From assembly GCA_951406725.2 (NCBI GenBank), contig OX597839.1, forward strand, positions 2,790,001 through 2,854,000: DNA of 64,000 nt, given 5' to 3'. Shown piece after piece: positions 13,538 to 27,153 of the stretch (position 1 is the stretch's first letter; every line of letters begins with the position of its first letter). Both the position numbers and the translations under genes were made by a program. This DNA is from Octopus vulgaris. Taxonomy: Eukaryota. A model generated the notes under the pieces. That model had not been told where the DNA came from. It was given only the letters and a program-made list of their open reading frames with translations, and searched no databases.

Positions 13538-13953
13538 AAATGTGTATGTTAGTGTGGTATGTATGCACTTTCTTTTTCTTAGCCTGAATTAGGTTTTTGG
13601 TTGCATTCCATCTAAATAAAGCTTAGCAACATCCCCTTCTTTTATAGTAAAGTTCAGTAAATATATATATAAGTTTATATGGCATATAGCATGCAGAAGG
13701 AAGAGAGAGAAGGAGAATACTGATGGATTTTAAGCAAAGCATGACTGTGGGCACAACTGTAATTTTGTGGTTAGTAAGTTCTCTTCACAACCATATGGTA
13801 TCTGGTAGTGCTAAGTTTGATCCCATGGTGTTGACATCCTGTGCTAGTATTTTTATATTCTACCTTAGACTTAGCTGGATCAATACCCTGTGAGTGGAAC
13901 TTGATAACACAGAAACTGTGTTATCATACATTAAACATTAGCTCTGTGGTAAG

Positions 13954-14002
<49 letters not shown>

Positions 14003-14098
14003 TAATATAATTAAATGATTGTGATATTCAAGTATGAAAGAAGAATTAGATAACGATTAGGAGTTAAAATGTAGACTTATAAGGTTATTAGGGATGAC

Positions 14099-14641
14099 CT
14101 AAGGGGTATTTTGGAAATATACTGTGTGGTCGTTTAGGCATTTGGATTTGTGGTAGAGTTTGAATGTGTGAAAAAAGCAGTGGTTGCATGTGCTTAGTGC
14201 CTCATTATGTTTATTTAGCAATGTTGAAGAGTTGGGCTCCAATATGTGAAGCGTCTCCTTCAGGCAAAGCTTGCAGGTAGAGTGTTGGCCTTGGTAGGGA
14301 AGCCCTGAATCCAATATGAACCATGATAAAGTATAGGGTATATTTGTATTTTTGAGATAATATATGTGACTGGCAATGGTTGTAGATTTACTATGTATAT
14401 CGTATCTAAAAGAATGGAAGTGAGCGGTATATCGTTGCTTAAAACTTATTGTTGATCCTATGTATGTGGCTGTAGAGTTGTGTAATGTATTAAGAACAGT
14501 GCATTTGTAAATTACATTATATCTTTTGCAATGGGTTTGCAATGTGCAGATGGTTTCAGGATGGCAGTTACAAGTGGGTGAATTTTGGGGATTGTTTTTG
14601 GGAATAGAGGAGGTAATATTGTCAGAAGAGATTGTGTCCAT
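14099..14641 (-). pseudogene. Penelope-like element GIY-YIG endonuclease fragment (Naiad-like)
   Basis: CNC..C....C...VIYKC...TYIGST..FKQRY..H..SF...SHIY.LK...W.IL...CKLCLKE...LLNK.NE...C.H. 5'-truncated; a short 3' UTR ends at (TA)n near 13999. Confidence 0.8.
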
Positions 14642-16493
14642 GCTGGAGCACTGCCTTCAAGAATTTTAGTCGAACCCCAGTTTTCACCCCAGTATTTGTC
14701 ATTTTATTTTGTTAATATTGATACTTATTCTACCTGTTCCTTTTTGCCAAACTGCTAAGTTACAGGGATGTAAATACACCAACACTGGTTGTCAGGTGGT
14801 GGTAGAGGACAAGCATACACAAAGGCATGTGTACACACACACACACACATGTACATGTGTGACATGAATCTTTCAGTTTCTAACAACCAAATCCACTCAC
14901 AAGGCTTTGGTTGGCCCAACACCCTAGTAGAAGTCACTTACTGAAAGTGCCAAGTAGTGGCACTGAACTTGAAACCACATGGTTGGGAAGCAAGCTTCTT
15001 ACCACACAGCCATGCCTGTACCTATAGGTTAGTTTATTTTTAAACTGACATTGTAGGGTAGGTGTGAGAGGTCAGATCTGGCCAGTTTGAACTCAAAGCA
15101 AGTAAAATATTCAGGCTGGATATGGCTGGTTTAAATGCTAAAGGGCTAAATAATAAAATGTATAATCATGCATTTAACCCTTACTTCCTAAAATTAGTGG
15201 CTCTGTGCCAAAACATAAAACCATTATCATTACTATGATCTTAGTACAATTTATTGTAATATTCTTATCAGGTCTGTTAGAGTAGCACAGATGGTATCAT
15301 GTTGAGCAGTAATTAATTTCATTTACTAATGACTGAGTTCAAATCCTGCCAGTCAGCTTCGACATTACATTTTATCCCACCATTGTTCTGCAGGAAATAT
15401 TTACTATATTCAGTTCAGTAGACACTTGCTGCTCCAACACAACATCTGTGTGCGCGCGCAAATTTTATTATGCAATAACTAATGCCAGTACGGACATAAG
15501 ACGTTAAATGACGATGATATAATACCTCAAAACCTGAATAACAGGCTGAACAGAGATGCCGACAGCAACAGATCTTTTAGCTGAGTAAATAGGGTAATAA
15601 TAGCCTGATATTTAGACTTTACCAGATAAATACAGTTGTTCAGATCACAAAGGCATACATCTTGCTTGACCATGTGTTGTTGTTGGTTAATCCTGGGTCC
15701 ATGACCTGTGATCTAAGGCATTCCAGTTGTGGCCATTCCATGATTTTTTCTAGATATAGTGTGTCACATACAGACTATATGTTATCTACTGTTTTCTTCT
15801 TTTTTTAAGACTTTGGTGATATGAGGGAGATTTGGTTGCTATTTCTTGCAGGTCAGGTGATAACATAGTTGATCCTCCATTTTATTGGTTTAACATTTTC
15901 GTTGCTGTATTGCTATTTGGAATACCCTGCCTTTGCTTTAATTAATTTTGAAAATAATGAAAGAATTTATTAAAATAACTATGTCATTAAGCCAGTGTTT
16001 CGAGTATAAACTAACATGAAATTTTGATGAAAGTTTTTGATCATTTTAAAACAGTGAATTAGTATAATAAGTGCAGTTTCATGCAGGTTAGTAGTGAAAG
16101 GATTATACAGAGAATTTAGCGTCTGTTCTCCTCATACCCTTGCCATGGGATTTCATATTGTAAAGGAAGTGAAGCAGCTTTCTACTGGGAATCAAAGCGA
16201 AATTGCTAACTTGGATTCATTTGGTGCCAGTCTCCACTTAGCCATATTCTACACTGCTGCACTGATTACCTATTTTAATTAAACATAAGCATCTAATCAA
16301 AAATAACATTCAGATAAAATAAAATTGAATTAATTATGTGTATCAGATTTCATCTGAAATAGTTTTCTTATCCACGTTTACTTTATGATAAAATGCTTCA
16401 CTCTATGTCTTGGTTGTTTTTTTAAACTTTTTCTCCGCTAACCATATTCCAGTGAAATACACAGCAACACATTTTGAAAATGATTAACTATAT

Positions 16494-16935
16494 AGGCACA
16501 GGCATGGCTGTGTGGTAAGAAGCTTGCTTCCCAACCACATGGTTCTGTGAACTCACTCTCACTGCATGGCACCTTGGGCAAGTGTCTTCTACTATAACCT
16601 AATCATCATCATCATTGGTTAACGTCTGCTTTCCATGCTAGCATGGGTTGGACGATTTGATTGAGGTCTGGTAAACCAGATGGCTGCACCAGACTCTAAT
16701 CTGATCTGGCAGCGTTTCTACAGCTGGATACCCTTCCTAATGTCAATCACTCCGAGAGTGTAGTGGGTGCTTTTACGTGCCACCGGCACGAGGGCCAGTC
16801 AGGAAGTACTGGCAATGGCCATGCTCAAATGGTGCTTTTTATGTGCCACTTGCACAGGAGCCAGTCCAGCGGCACTTGCAACAACCTAAGGCCAACCAAA
16901 GTCTTATGAGTGGATTTGATAGAAGGAAACTGAAA
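16494..16935 (+). mobile_element. SINE B head interrupted by family C (16600-16880, - strand)
   Basis: The B head breaks at ctactataacct and resumes at aggccaaccaaagtcttatgagtggatttg. Confidence 0.75.
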
Positions 16936-19349
16936 GAATTCCGTCATGTGTGTATGTGTGTGTGGTAAGAAGCTTACTTCCCAATCACAAGGTTCTGAAT
17001 TCACTCCCACTGCATGGCAACTTGGGCAGGTGTAAGTACTGGGGTTGATTAGTTTGACTCAAATTCCTTAAGGTGGTCCCTAGCATAGCCACAGTCTCAT
17101 TACTGAAACAAAACAAAAGATAAACTATAAAAGATCTAGGTGGTTTGTCCGGAACATAACTTACCAAAAGACGTGATTACTAATATATTAAGATGTTGTT
17201 TGGAATATACAATAGGCATTGGTATATTAAGATGGTGTGTGGAATATAAAAGACTAATATATATTGGTAGATGGTGTTTGGAACATTACATGAAAAAAAA
17301 CATATATTGGTCTTCCTTTTATTTGTTTTAGTAATTAGACTGCAGACATGCTGGGGCACCGCCTTGAATTTTTAGTCGAATGAATCAGTTCCAGTACTTT
17401 TTTTTAAAGCCTGGTACTTATTCTATTAGTCTCTTTTGCTGAACTGCTAAGTTACATGGACACTGGTTTTCAAGTGGTGGTGGTGGGACAAACGCACGCA
17501 CACACACACACACACACATGATGGGCTTCTTTCAGTTTCTGTCTACCAAATCCACTCACAAAGCGTTGGTTAGCCCAAGGCTATAGTAGAAAATACTTGC
17601 CTAAGGTGTCATGCAGTGGGACTGAACCTGGAACCATGTGGTTGGGAAGCAAGCTTCTTATCATACAGTCACATATACATTTATCGACTCTTTTACTGCA
17701 AACCCCAGATATATCCCCTCAAAATTTCATCACCCTTAACTGCAAAACCTGTTTTATATACCAAACTGTCTTTTGTTCAGGAATGTCACGTTTGAAACTA
17801 TTTTTTTGTTGAGATATGTCAAGTTTATTGATACAATGTGATTTGTAGAAAAAAGAAAAACAAGCATACTATATTTTGGTAGATATTTAAAATCATTATT
17901 GGAATAACCTTGAAATTTAATTTAGTAGTTAAAAGGTTAGAATGGTGTTTGGAACAACAAACAAGGAAATTGCAGCAAAGCTGTGTGATAGTGGTGTAGA
18001 CATGGCATGCAGACCATCATATAACTTGTTTTATTTTGACATGCACATTGCATTTTTTTCTCTTCTGTTTTATGAATCCAGTGTGCACATGTGCATTGTG
18101 TGTTCATACCTCTCTTTCAAATTCCTACACAAAACTGTTTACAGATCACAACCATCTCATGAACCTGTGGTCATGAGGAGCACTTTGTGCTCCAGTAGTT
18201 GTAAAAAAAACAAATGTATACTGGTATATTTAAGATGAGTCTTGGGAAAGACAATATTGGTATATTAACCTTTAGCACACTGTGGGCGCATCATGTCACA
18301 GAATGAATTTTCTCCCCTGTAGTTGCAGGGAAGTGGTAGGGAAAACAATTCTAGAAAAATATGCAGTGTGTTAACAGTTAAAATGGCATCCAGAACATAA
18401 CTTAACCACAAATATTCTTGCATAAAATACTGCACAGTTGTGATTTCAATATCATCATCATTTAATGTCCATGTTCCATGCTGGCATGGGTTAAATGGTT
18501 TGACTGGATCCAGTGTGTCCAAGAACTGTATTGAACTCCAATGAGCACTTAAAAATTTTTTTTTTTGTAATCTAGGACCGGAAGCAGTCGCTCTCAGGTG
18601 GGTTGGTATTAAGTAGGTTACACAAAAGGGTCAGTTTACACCTCCTTAGCCTCTAAACTTTTTATATATTTTTTTTCTTATAACTTTTCTCTTTTATTTA
18701 GATCTATTAACTTCGGTTTCATTTATAGAAAATTTGATTTCCCTCATGCATATAGCATTTCAATATGGTTATATCAAATAACTAACGAATTTAAAATTTG
18801 TTTTGCTCTTGGCTAACATTTCAAATCTTGACTAATAATAATAATGATAACACCGCAAAATTGCTTGATTCCAATTTGCTTTTTTAATTATAAAAATTAC
18901 TTTAGTTTCATTTTTTTCTCTCCTTCTTCATCCTTGTCTTCAACAACCAATACCAATGTTGATGTTTTCATTTGTTTGTATGTGTTTAAACTATATAAGT
19001 ATATATATATATATATAAAATAAAAAGGGATGGTATTGATATCTTTGCACTTACTTTTTACCTTATGTTACATATTTTATGTAACTTTTTCTTGTTTTCT
19101 TATTGCTGTGTAATGGCAGTAAGTACTGGCTTCCACTGCCAACAAGCTCCCACCTTTCAGCCTGCCACTGGATTCCCAGTGGAGTTATTTTATTTCACAT
19201 AACCTCTCTACTACTACTTCCGCCATCATCACCATCTCCACCAATAATAGTTTCAAATTTTGGCTCAAGGCCAGCAATTTTGGAGGAGGGGATAAGTTGA
19301 CTACATCGACTCCAGTGTTCAACTGGTATTTATGCTATTGACCTTGAAA

Positions 19350-19580
19350 GGCGGCGACCTGGCAGAAACGTTAGCACGCCGGGCGAAATGCTGAGCGGTA
19401 TTTCGTCTGCCGTTACGTTCTGAGTTCAAATTCTGCCGAGGTCGACTTTGCCTTTCATCCTTTCGGGGTCGATTAAATAAGTACCAGTTATGCACTGGGG
19501 TCGATGTAATTGCCTTTATCCATTTGTCTGTCCTTGTTTGTCCCCTCTGTGTTTAGCCCCTTGTGGGTAGTAAAAAAATA
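19350..19580 (+). mobile_element. SINE A nested in an older, oppositely oriented SINE A
   Basis: 25-bp TSD ggtatttatgctat(t/c)gaccttgaaa at 19325-19349 and 19581-19605. The host spans ~19250-19710 on the - strand. Confidence 0.9.
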
Positions 19581-19883
19581 GGTATTTATGCTATCGACCT
19601 TGAAAAGATGAAATGCAAAGTCGACCTCAGTGGCATTTGAACTCAGAACACAAGGCAGATGAAATGCCACTAGATATTTTATTTGGTGTGTTAATGATTC
19701 TGCCTGCTCAGTGGTCATCATCAACATTGTCTATTATTTAAAGTCCACAAGGTCAGTTGCCTTGTGGATGTGAGCATGCTGTTAAAAGTTTAGGGAAAAG
19801 AAAACACTTATGGTGAACTAATATGAAGCATAAGGATCTTGTATTCTAGTTAGAAATTTTCATTTGTATCAGTCATTTTAGGT

Positions 19884-20265
19884 AAGGCACAGGCATGGCT
19901 GTATGGTAAGAAGCATGCTTCCTGACCACATGGCTCTGGGTTCAGTCCCACTGTGTGGTGGCTTAGGCAAGTATCTTCTACTATAGCTTTGGGCTGACCA
20001 AAGCCTTGTGAGTGAATTTGGTAGACAGAAGCTGAAAGAAGTCCACACATAAATATGTGTGTGTTTGTCTCACTACTGTTTGACAACTGGTTTTGGTTTG
20101 TTTACATCCCAATAACTTAGTGCTTTGGCAAAAGAGACTGATAGAATAAGTACCAGTCTTTAAAAACAAATAGGTACCGGGGTCAATTTGCTTGACTAAA
20201 ATACTTCAATGCTGTGCCCCAGCATGGCCAGAGTCTAATTACTGAAACAGAGAAGAGATAAAAGA
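19884..20265 (+). mobile_element. SINE family B, older copy
   Basis: Diverged head and tail motifs of family B. Confidence 0.8.
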
Positions 20266-21314
20266 TTCACTCAAAAACCTAGAAATACTAGGATTTTCTA
20301 CGAAAGAGCAAAAGAAAGTGATGGGCATCCTTCAAATCCTATTTATCAGCGGCACAGTAAAAATGTGTAAGACGTTTTAAAGATTCTCCATCTGAGATTC
20401 TTTAAATGAATACACGCACACAATTTTTTTGTGTGCACCCACAAAGACACATTAATAAAAAAGAAACTACACACACACACACATGTATGCACATGCTCAT
20501 TCAACCACACATAAAAACCCTGGGAAGTCTTGTTACTTGGTTAGTAGCAGGTTTGAGACTCCGGTTTCAAAGAAAATATACATACACACATATTCACACA
20601 TACATGCACATGCACACATATGCGCACACATGTGCACACACACACAAAGAGTGGGAGCTGCTTATAATATGGACAATGTTACCAGCTGATTGTTTTTATC
20701 AAAACCAGTGGGTCCTTTATTTGTTTAATGTGATCAGCTGGTTATCGTTATTCAAAAGGCTTCCAGCCACAGTGATCACAACAAACATCTTCCACTCTGT
20801 ACACACCTTTGTGGATATTTGGTAAAAATCTCCATAGCTTCGTTTCTTCTCTATGCACCTGTTACATTACATTTTTTATTCTTTCTTTCATTCTTAATTA
20901 CATTCATTATTCTAAGTAGAAGAGATTGGACGGGAGATTACGACTCACCCATCTTTTGTTTACTTTTACTGGGCTGCTGGTGAATATGGCATCGTTGGTG
21001 GTTGTTTTGGTGGTGGTGGTGATGATAGTGGTAGTTGTTAAGCTTCCAGAGGAATTAAAAATGGGTGAAGCTGTAATGAAAACGATTTCAACCATGACAT
21101 TGCCTCTTTATTTTAGGTACAGTGTATCTAGAAGTATTTTTGTTAATGTCTCCTTTATTATTGCTCTTTAGCTCTATCTTGATCCCAACCCAGCAAATCT
21201 ATACATAAACACATTCCATTCCAGTCCATTTTGGAGGTGGCGGTGGGGGGGATACCTAGGACATTATCTAATGTATGCTTTTATTTCTTAGGTTTTTTGT
21301 GTATATATATATAT

Positions 21315-21650
21315 ATCATCATCATCAACATCGTTTAACGTCCGTTTTCCGCACTAGCACGGGTTGGACGGTTCGACCGGGGTCTGGGAAGCCAGGGGCT
21401 GCACCAGGCTCCAGTCTGATCTGGCTGTGTTTCTACAGCTGGATGCCCTTCCTAATGCCAACCACTCCGTGAGTGTTATAGGTGCTTTTTACGTGCCACC
21501 TGCACAGGTGCCAGGGGAGTTTGGCAACGGCCACGATCGTTTGGTGCTTTTAACGTGCCACTGGCACGGAAGCCAGCCAAGGCGGCGCTGGCATCGACCA
21601 CGTTCGGATGGTGCTTTTTATGTGCCACCGGCACAGAAGCCAGTCAAGGC
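21315..21650 (-). mobile_element. SINE-like family C
   Basis: (CAT)n tail at left, ggatgcccttcctaatgccaaccactcc domain, and three tandem modules starting ggtgcttttta.gtgccac. Confidence 0.85.
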
Positions 21651-22116
21651 GGATATATATACATACATAATAAAACTGAAGTGAAGAATGAATATATAAT
21701 GTGTGTGTTTATTTAAGACAAAAAAAGAAAAAAGATCATCCCGAAATATTGTTGAACAATGAGAATGAGTGCTCAAAACTGCATTGGTGGATAGAATTTC
21801 TTTATGGATTAAAGCTACCATTGGTTTGTATCCAAAATGGAGACGAACACCATTCCTCCATGTGTTAGGCTTGAAATATTAGGACATTAAGACATTTTTC
21901 TTTGTGAAACCAATGGTAACCTTAATGCACACACACACACACAAGTACACACACACATATAGGTGCAAGCATGGCTGTGTGAATAAGTTTGCTTCCCAAC
22001 AACATACTTTGGGGTTTAGACTCACTGTATGGCACCTTCAACCAGTGTCTTCTATTGTAATCCCAGGCCAGCTAAATGTTTATGCATGGCTTTGTTAGAC
22101 AGAAACTGAAAGAAGT

Positions 22117-22159
<43 letters not shown>

Positions 22160-22303
22160 TGCGCGCATGGGTGACTGTGTGTGTGTTTGTGTCTCCTTGT
22201 CGTTACATCGTATGATTGTTCTTTCATTGTCTTAGAGGCAGTGACATTCATTTCAAATATTCTGCAAAGACATGTCTGACCATGGGGGAAATATTACCTT
22301 ACT

Positions 22304-22706
22304 AGGCGAGCGTAGGAGTGGCTGTGTGGTAAGTAGCTTGCTAACCAACCACATGGTTCCGGGTTCAGTCCCACTGCGTGGCATCTTGGGCAAGTGTCTT
22401 CTGCTATAGCCTTGGGCCGACCAATGCCTTGTGAGTGGATTTGGTAGACGGAAACTGAAAGAAGCCTGTCGTATATATGTATACATATATGTATGTGTTT
22501 GTGTGTCTGTGTTTGTCCCCCTAGCATTGCTTGACAACCGATGCTGGTGTGTTTACGTCCCCGTCACTTAGCGGTTCGGCAAAAGAGACCGATATTATAA
22601 GTACTGGGCTTACAAAGAATAAGTCCCGGGGTCGATTTGCTCGACTAAAGGCGGTGCTCCAGCATGGCCACAGTCAAATGACTGAAACAAGTAAAAGAGT
22701 AAAGAG
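22304..22706 (+). mobile_element. SINE family B, young full-length copy
   Basis: Complete head, internal microsatellite and tail ending aagtaaaagagtaaagag. Confidence 0.92.
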
Positions 22707-22804
22707 TACTTGGAAATAGGTATGGGCTGTCGACAGGAGGATTCTGCCTCAATAAAATCTGTTTAACCCATTTAATGTGCATTAAAACTGAGGAAATTAC
22801 AAGG

Positions 22805-22841
<37 letters not shown>

Positions 22842-23675
22842 GCTTGAGGGAGTTTTTACAATTATTTCTTGTAAGTTGAGTAACCACATAAAGGGTTCCT
22901 CATTGGCTTGTGGTTTCCATTTTTTAAGGTAGTAAAGTTTGATTTGAGGGACATTTGGCTGCTATCTCTTGTAAGTTGGGCAACATCAAAGACACACCTT
23001 TGGTGGTCTGGTTGCTCCTTCATGGATATTATTGTTTATTCAATCAAAACCTGGCTGTTATCATTGGTGTTGATAATTTGAAATGTCAGAGTGGTATCTT
23101 TGCTTTCTTTCTTTCTTAATCTTTGATGAAAGGTTCACTTGAAATGTTAGTTTACTTTTCCTCCATTTTGGTGTACAATTTGCTGGGTACAACTTTTATT
23201 GTTCATTTTTCTTTTGTTTATATTTTGTTCATCATCATCGTTTAACATTCGCTTTTTCATGTCTGCATGGGTTGAATGGATTTTCTATAACAGGATGCAC
23301 TTCCTGCTGCCGCCAACCCTCACCTGTATCTAATGGAAGATTGGAAATGATCATGTGACATCATATACACAAAGGGCTTTCAGTTTCTGTGTTTTACATC
23401 CACTCACAAAGCTTTGGTTGGCCTCAGGCTATAGAAGAAGACACTTGATCAAGGTGCCACGCAGTGGGACTGAACCCCAAATCATATAGTTTGTGAAGCA
23501 AACTTCTTATCACACAACTACACCAGCCTGTGTCAGCTTTTGAATTGTCTACCTGTTGTAACCTCTCTTGCTATTTGATTCTTATTTTCCTTGTTCCATT
23601 TGTGCTATTTTATCTACCTGCTATTTTATTTGTTGTTTGAATATTAATTTTGACCTTTCTGCGATTTCTTTACAG

Positions 23676-23788
23676 TTGGTCCCCGCAGAGAGTAGTGATA
23701 ACCAGTCCCAGTGTACAGATTCTCAAGCAGGAGATATACCCCCTGAACGATTAGGGGGCATCGGGGACAGCCGACCACCTTCATTTCA
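23676..23788 (+). CDS. dvl: Dishevelled coding exon immediately after the DIX domain
   Basis: Acceptor tttctttacag|TTG and donor TTTCA|gtaagc. 113 nt encode LVPAESSDNQSQCTDSQAGDIPPERLGGIGDSRPPSF+CA, containing the Dishevelled-specific motif ERxGGIGDSRPPSFH. Phase 0 start and phase 2 end. Confidence 0.93.
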
Positions 23789-23928
23789 GTAAGCACATCA
23801 GTTTCCTCTTTACTTTTGAATGTTCATTCAATTCTCTTTTTATTATTACACACATACACACACACACATTTATACAAACACATCTCTTTCTTTATGTATC
23901 CATGTGTCTATACACACATGTACACACA

Positions 23929-24083
23929 CAGGGACAGACTGAGGCATCAGTCAATTGGGCACTGCCCGAGGGCGTGGAGCTCTGAGGAGCCCGCACCCTA
24001 CATGTTAACTCTACTAAAGCACAGATTCAAAGGGGCTCGATAAGCAGTTATGCCCGAGGCCCTTAATACTCTGTCTGCCCCTG
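23929..24083. mobile_element. hAT-like MITE
   Basis: TIRs cagggacagactgag / ctctgtctgcccctg. Imperfect 8-bp flanks tacacaca / aacagaca. Confidence 0.65.
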
Positions 24084-24482
24084 AACAGACATATGTATGC
24101 ACCTATCTTTCTGTATGTAGCCATCTGTATGCATGCATACATACATACTTACCTACCTTCCTCTATATATTCCCCTATCCACACACATGCTCGTGTACCA
24201 CCCCAGATTTATTTATTATTCTTAATTGATTTCAATCGTTGGGCCACGGCCATGCTGGGACACTGCTTTCAAGGGTTTACCATATCATATTGGATCCCCC
24301 CTCCAAGCATATATTTCAATCTGGTTACTTATTTTATTGATCCCTATTTGTTGACCCTTTTAATTTATAGGATGTAAGGAGACACTTGTAGCATAAACTA
24401 CTTTGGCTCTTAGATCATTTTATTTCATATTCTGGCCGGGTTTGAACCAGAGACCTAAGGCACGTATATATTGGATGGAGGG

Positions 24483-24709
24483 AAACTTCTTGAGAATGTA
24501 AGCTGTTGATGTCAACACAAATTTTTGAGTCTCATAGATTGTTGGTTTCCCAGGAATCTGGTCAAAAAAAATTGTCACTACTTTTCTTGATCATTCCCAG
24601 GGCACCTACAACAACAGGGATGGTTTTGGTTTTTAATTGCCATGACCTAGATATCTCAGTCTCAAGGTCCTTATATTTCGACAGTTTGTTAAATTCCTTT
24701 GCTGAGATT
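24483..24709 (-). pseudogene. Dong/R4-like LINE restriction-like endonuclease fragment
   Basis: Reverse strand reads ISAKEFNKLSKYKDLETEISRSWQLKTKTIPVVVGALGMIKK. Confidence 0.75.
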
Positions 24710-24759
24710 ATCATTATTACTATTGTTGTTGTCATTATTATTATTATATTTTGAACTAT

Positions 24760-25350
24760 TGCTTTCTATTTGTACAAGTTGACTCCGAGTCTCACCCAGA
24801 GATCTCAAGAGAGAAGTTAGAAGTTCAAGTTGATGTTATGACTAGGTTGCCATTATATTTGGTTTTGCACAAAGTATTGTTCTAGAGAATGTCTAAGAAA
24901 ACTAAGAAAGTTATAAGTTTGTTTTAAAATTGGGATTACACAGACAGTATTTTATGTAGGATATGGGCAGTTCCCATGAGCACTATTTTTTGAATTTCTG
25001 CCAGTTTTGGATTTCCTGGTATCTGAGCTAGGTAGCAATCAACCCCTTTTGCTATCATTCTTAGGGTACCAATGACAACAGATATTGTTTTCCACATTTT
25101 GCCAATTTCTATTTCAAGATCCTTATGCTTGCTCAGTCTTTGGTGGGTCTTGAAAGATACATTTATGTCTATTGGGATAGTCATATCGACGAAGAGGCAT
25201 GATTTTTGTCTGATGTCCTCCAATATAATGTTTGGCCTATTTGCACCTATCTTTCTGTCAGTTTGAATGGTGAAGTTCCAGAGGAGTGAGATGTGATCAT
25301 TTTGAAGCACTGGAAGTGGTTTGTCTCCTCACCAGTTTTTATCATGGCAG
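24760..25350 (-). pseudogene. Dong/R4-like LINE 3' end (RLE domain plus 3' UTR)
   Basis: ORF 24936-25310: LLWNFTIQTDRKIGANRPNII...VDMTIP...KLSK.KDLEIEI..MW...VVIG (PD..D-type RLE). The 3' end lies near (TAA)n-like repeats. Confidence 0.85.
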
Positions 25351-25964
25351 TGAGCCAGCAGAATCATTAGCAAGCTGGACAAAATTGCTTAGAAGCATTT
25401 CAGCCATCTTTATCTTTTGAGTTCGTATTCTGCCAAAACCAGATTTGTCTTTCAGAATTGATGAAATAAGTACTGCGGATCAATGTAACTAAGCACTAGG
25501 GTCAATGTAACCAAGTGGCCACCCCACCTCCAAAATTTCTGGTCTGATGCTTGTAATAACTTGAAGGCTAAAGTTTTGAGGAAATTTAGCTGTTATTTCT
25601 AGTACATTGAATGATCATACAAATGTTCCTGTGATGGCTTGGGCTTCCTCTCTAGGTTGTTTGTTTTAAAGAAATTAATTTTCTCTCTACTCCCCCCATC
25701 TCTCTTTCTCTCTGTCATTTTAATTAATTTCTAAGAATGTGAAAATAACAAGAAAAACATAAAAACAAACAAATGCAACAGCGCCATCCTCACCACTAGG
25801 AATCGTTCAGATTTTGTAAAACGCAATGATGTTTATATTGGACTGTTTCAAGTGTTGATACGGTTAGCTTTAAAAGGTTTCAAATTACAATTTAATTTTA
25901 AATACATTAATACCAAATTTCCTTTCTTCTTTTTCATTAAATAATGATTGCAACAACAATAATA

Positions 25965-26006
<42 letters not shown>

Positions 26007-26256
26007 GCAATAACAACAACAACATGAATAATAATCCTTTCTACTATAAGCACAAGGCCTGAAATTTGTGGTGGGTGGACTAGTTGATAACATTGACTCC
26101 AGTGTTTCACTGGTACTTAATTTATTGACCCCAAAAGGATGAAAGGCAATGTTAACCTCAGCAAGATTTGAGCTCAGAACGTAAAGAATACCATTTTACC
26201 CGGCGTGCTAACAATTCTGCCAGCTTGTCACATTGATAATAATAATAATAATTAAT

Positions 26257-26470
26257 TCTTTTTATTGGCCACAAGGGCTGACTAACATGATTGGAAAACA
26301 TAAAGGGACAAAACAGGATGAAAGGTTACAAAAGGTTTTGTCCGTTTTTCGAAGGAAAAAAAGTCCGTGTAAACAAGCTTTACAACAACGAAAAAATTCA
26401 ATAATTTATAAAACTCCCAATGGAGGAGACGCTTCGAAAAAAGGAAAGGTCTCGCGTGGAAAAACCCATA
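26257..26470 (-). mobile_element. LINE-like 3' UTR sharing its terminus with SINE A
   Basis: Reverse complement ends tttgtccctttatgttt...agcccttgtggccaataaaagaa, similar to the SINE A tail. Upstream sequence is unrelated to SINE A. Confidence 0.5.
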
Positions 26471-26723
26471 ATAATAATCCTTTCTACTATAGGCACAAGG
26501 CCTGAAATTTCTGAGGAAAGGGGCTAGTTGTTTGCATTGACCCCAGTTCTTCACCAGTATGTATTTCATTGATCCTGAAAGGTAAAACTAACTTTGGCAA
26601 AATTTGAACTTAGAATGTAAAGACAAATGAAATGCCACAAAGCATTTTGTCCAATTTGCTAACGAGTCTGCCAGCTTACCACCTTAATGATAATAATAAT
26701 AATAATAATAATAACAACAACAA

Positions 26724-27153
26724 CACACAGATAGAGAAATTAAGGCCAATAGGTCAGATATAGTTGTCAGAGATCATGAAGAAAAAAAATGCTTTCTAAT
26801 TGATGTTTCAATACCAGCAGGCGACAACGTGTCTCTAAAAGAAATGGAGAAACTTTCAAAATGCAAAGACCTGGAAATAGAGGTAACCAGAATGTGGAAT
26901 CTAAAAACAGAAACAATTCCTATCATAGTAGGTGCATTAGGCATGATAAAAAAATATTCAGACAAATACATAACAAAAACACCAGGATTTACAAACACAT
27001 ATAACATACAGAAAATTGCACTAGTAGGCACTGCACACATCCTACGTAGAACACTTTCCATACAATAACCATCAGAGCATCACAACAAATCACAGCACAT
27101 ACCCAAGGCACACAGAGCTGCGCTCAGTTGTGAAGTGAAAGCACGCTATAAAA
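26724..27153 (+). pseudogene. Dong/R4-like LINE 3' end inserted in (TAA)n
   Basis: HTDREIKANRSDIVVRDHEEKKCFLIDVSIPAGDNVSLKEMEKLSKCKDLEIEVTRMW...IPIIVGALG. TAA repeats on both sides. Confidence 0.88.

Noticed and set aside
23118-23155. ttgatgaaaggttcacttgaaatgtt as a hammerhead
   Set aside because: Resembles a decayed pLTR motif, but C3, stem I and stem III are all disrupted. Too weak to call.
1-23675. Upstream DIX-domain exons and downstream PDZ exons of Dvl
   Set aside because: No GVVKEEI/GRVVSW or PDZ-like peptide found by eye. They presumably lie outside the window.
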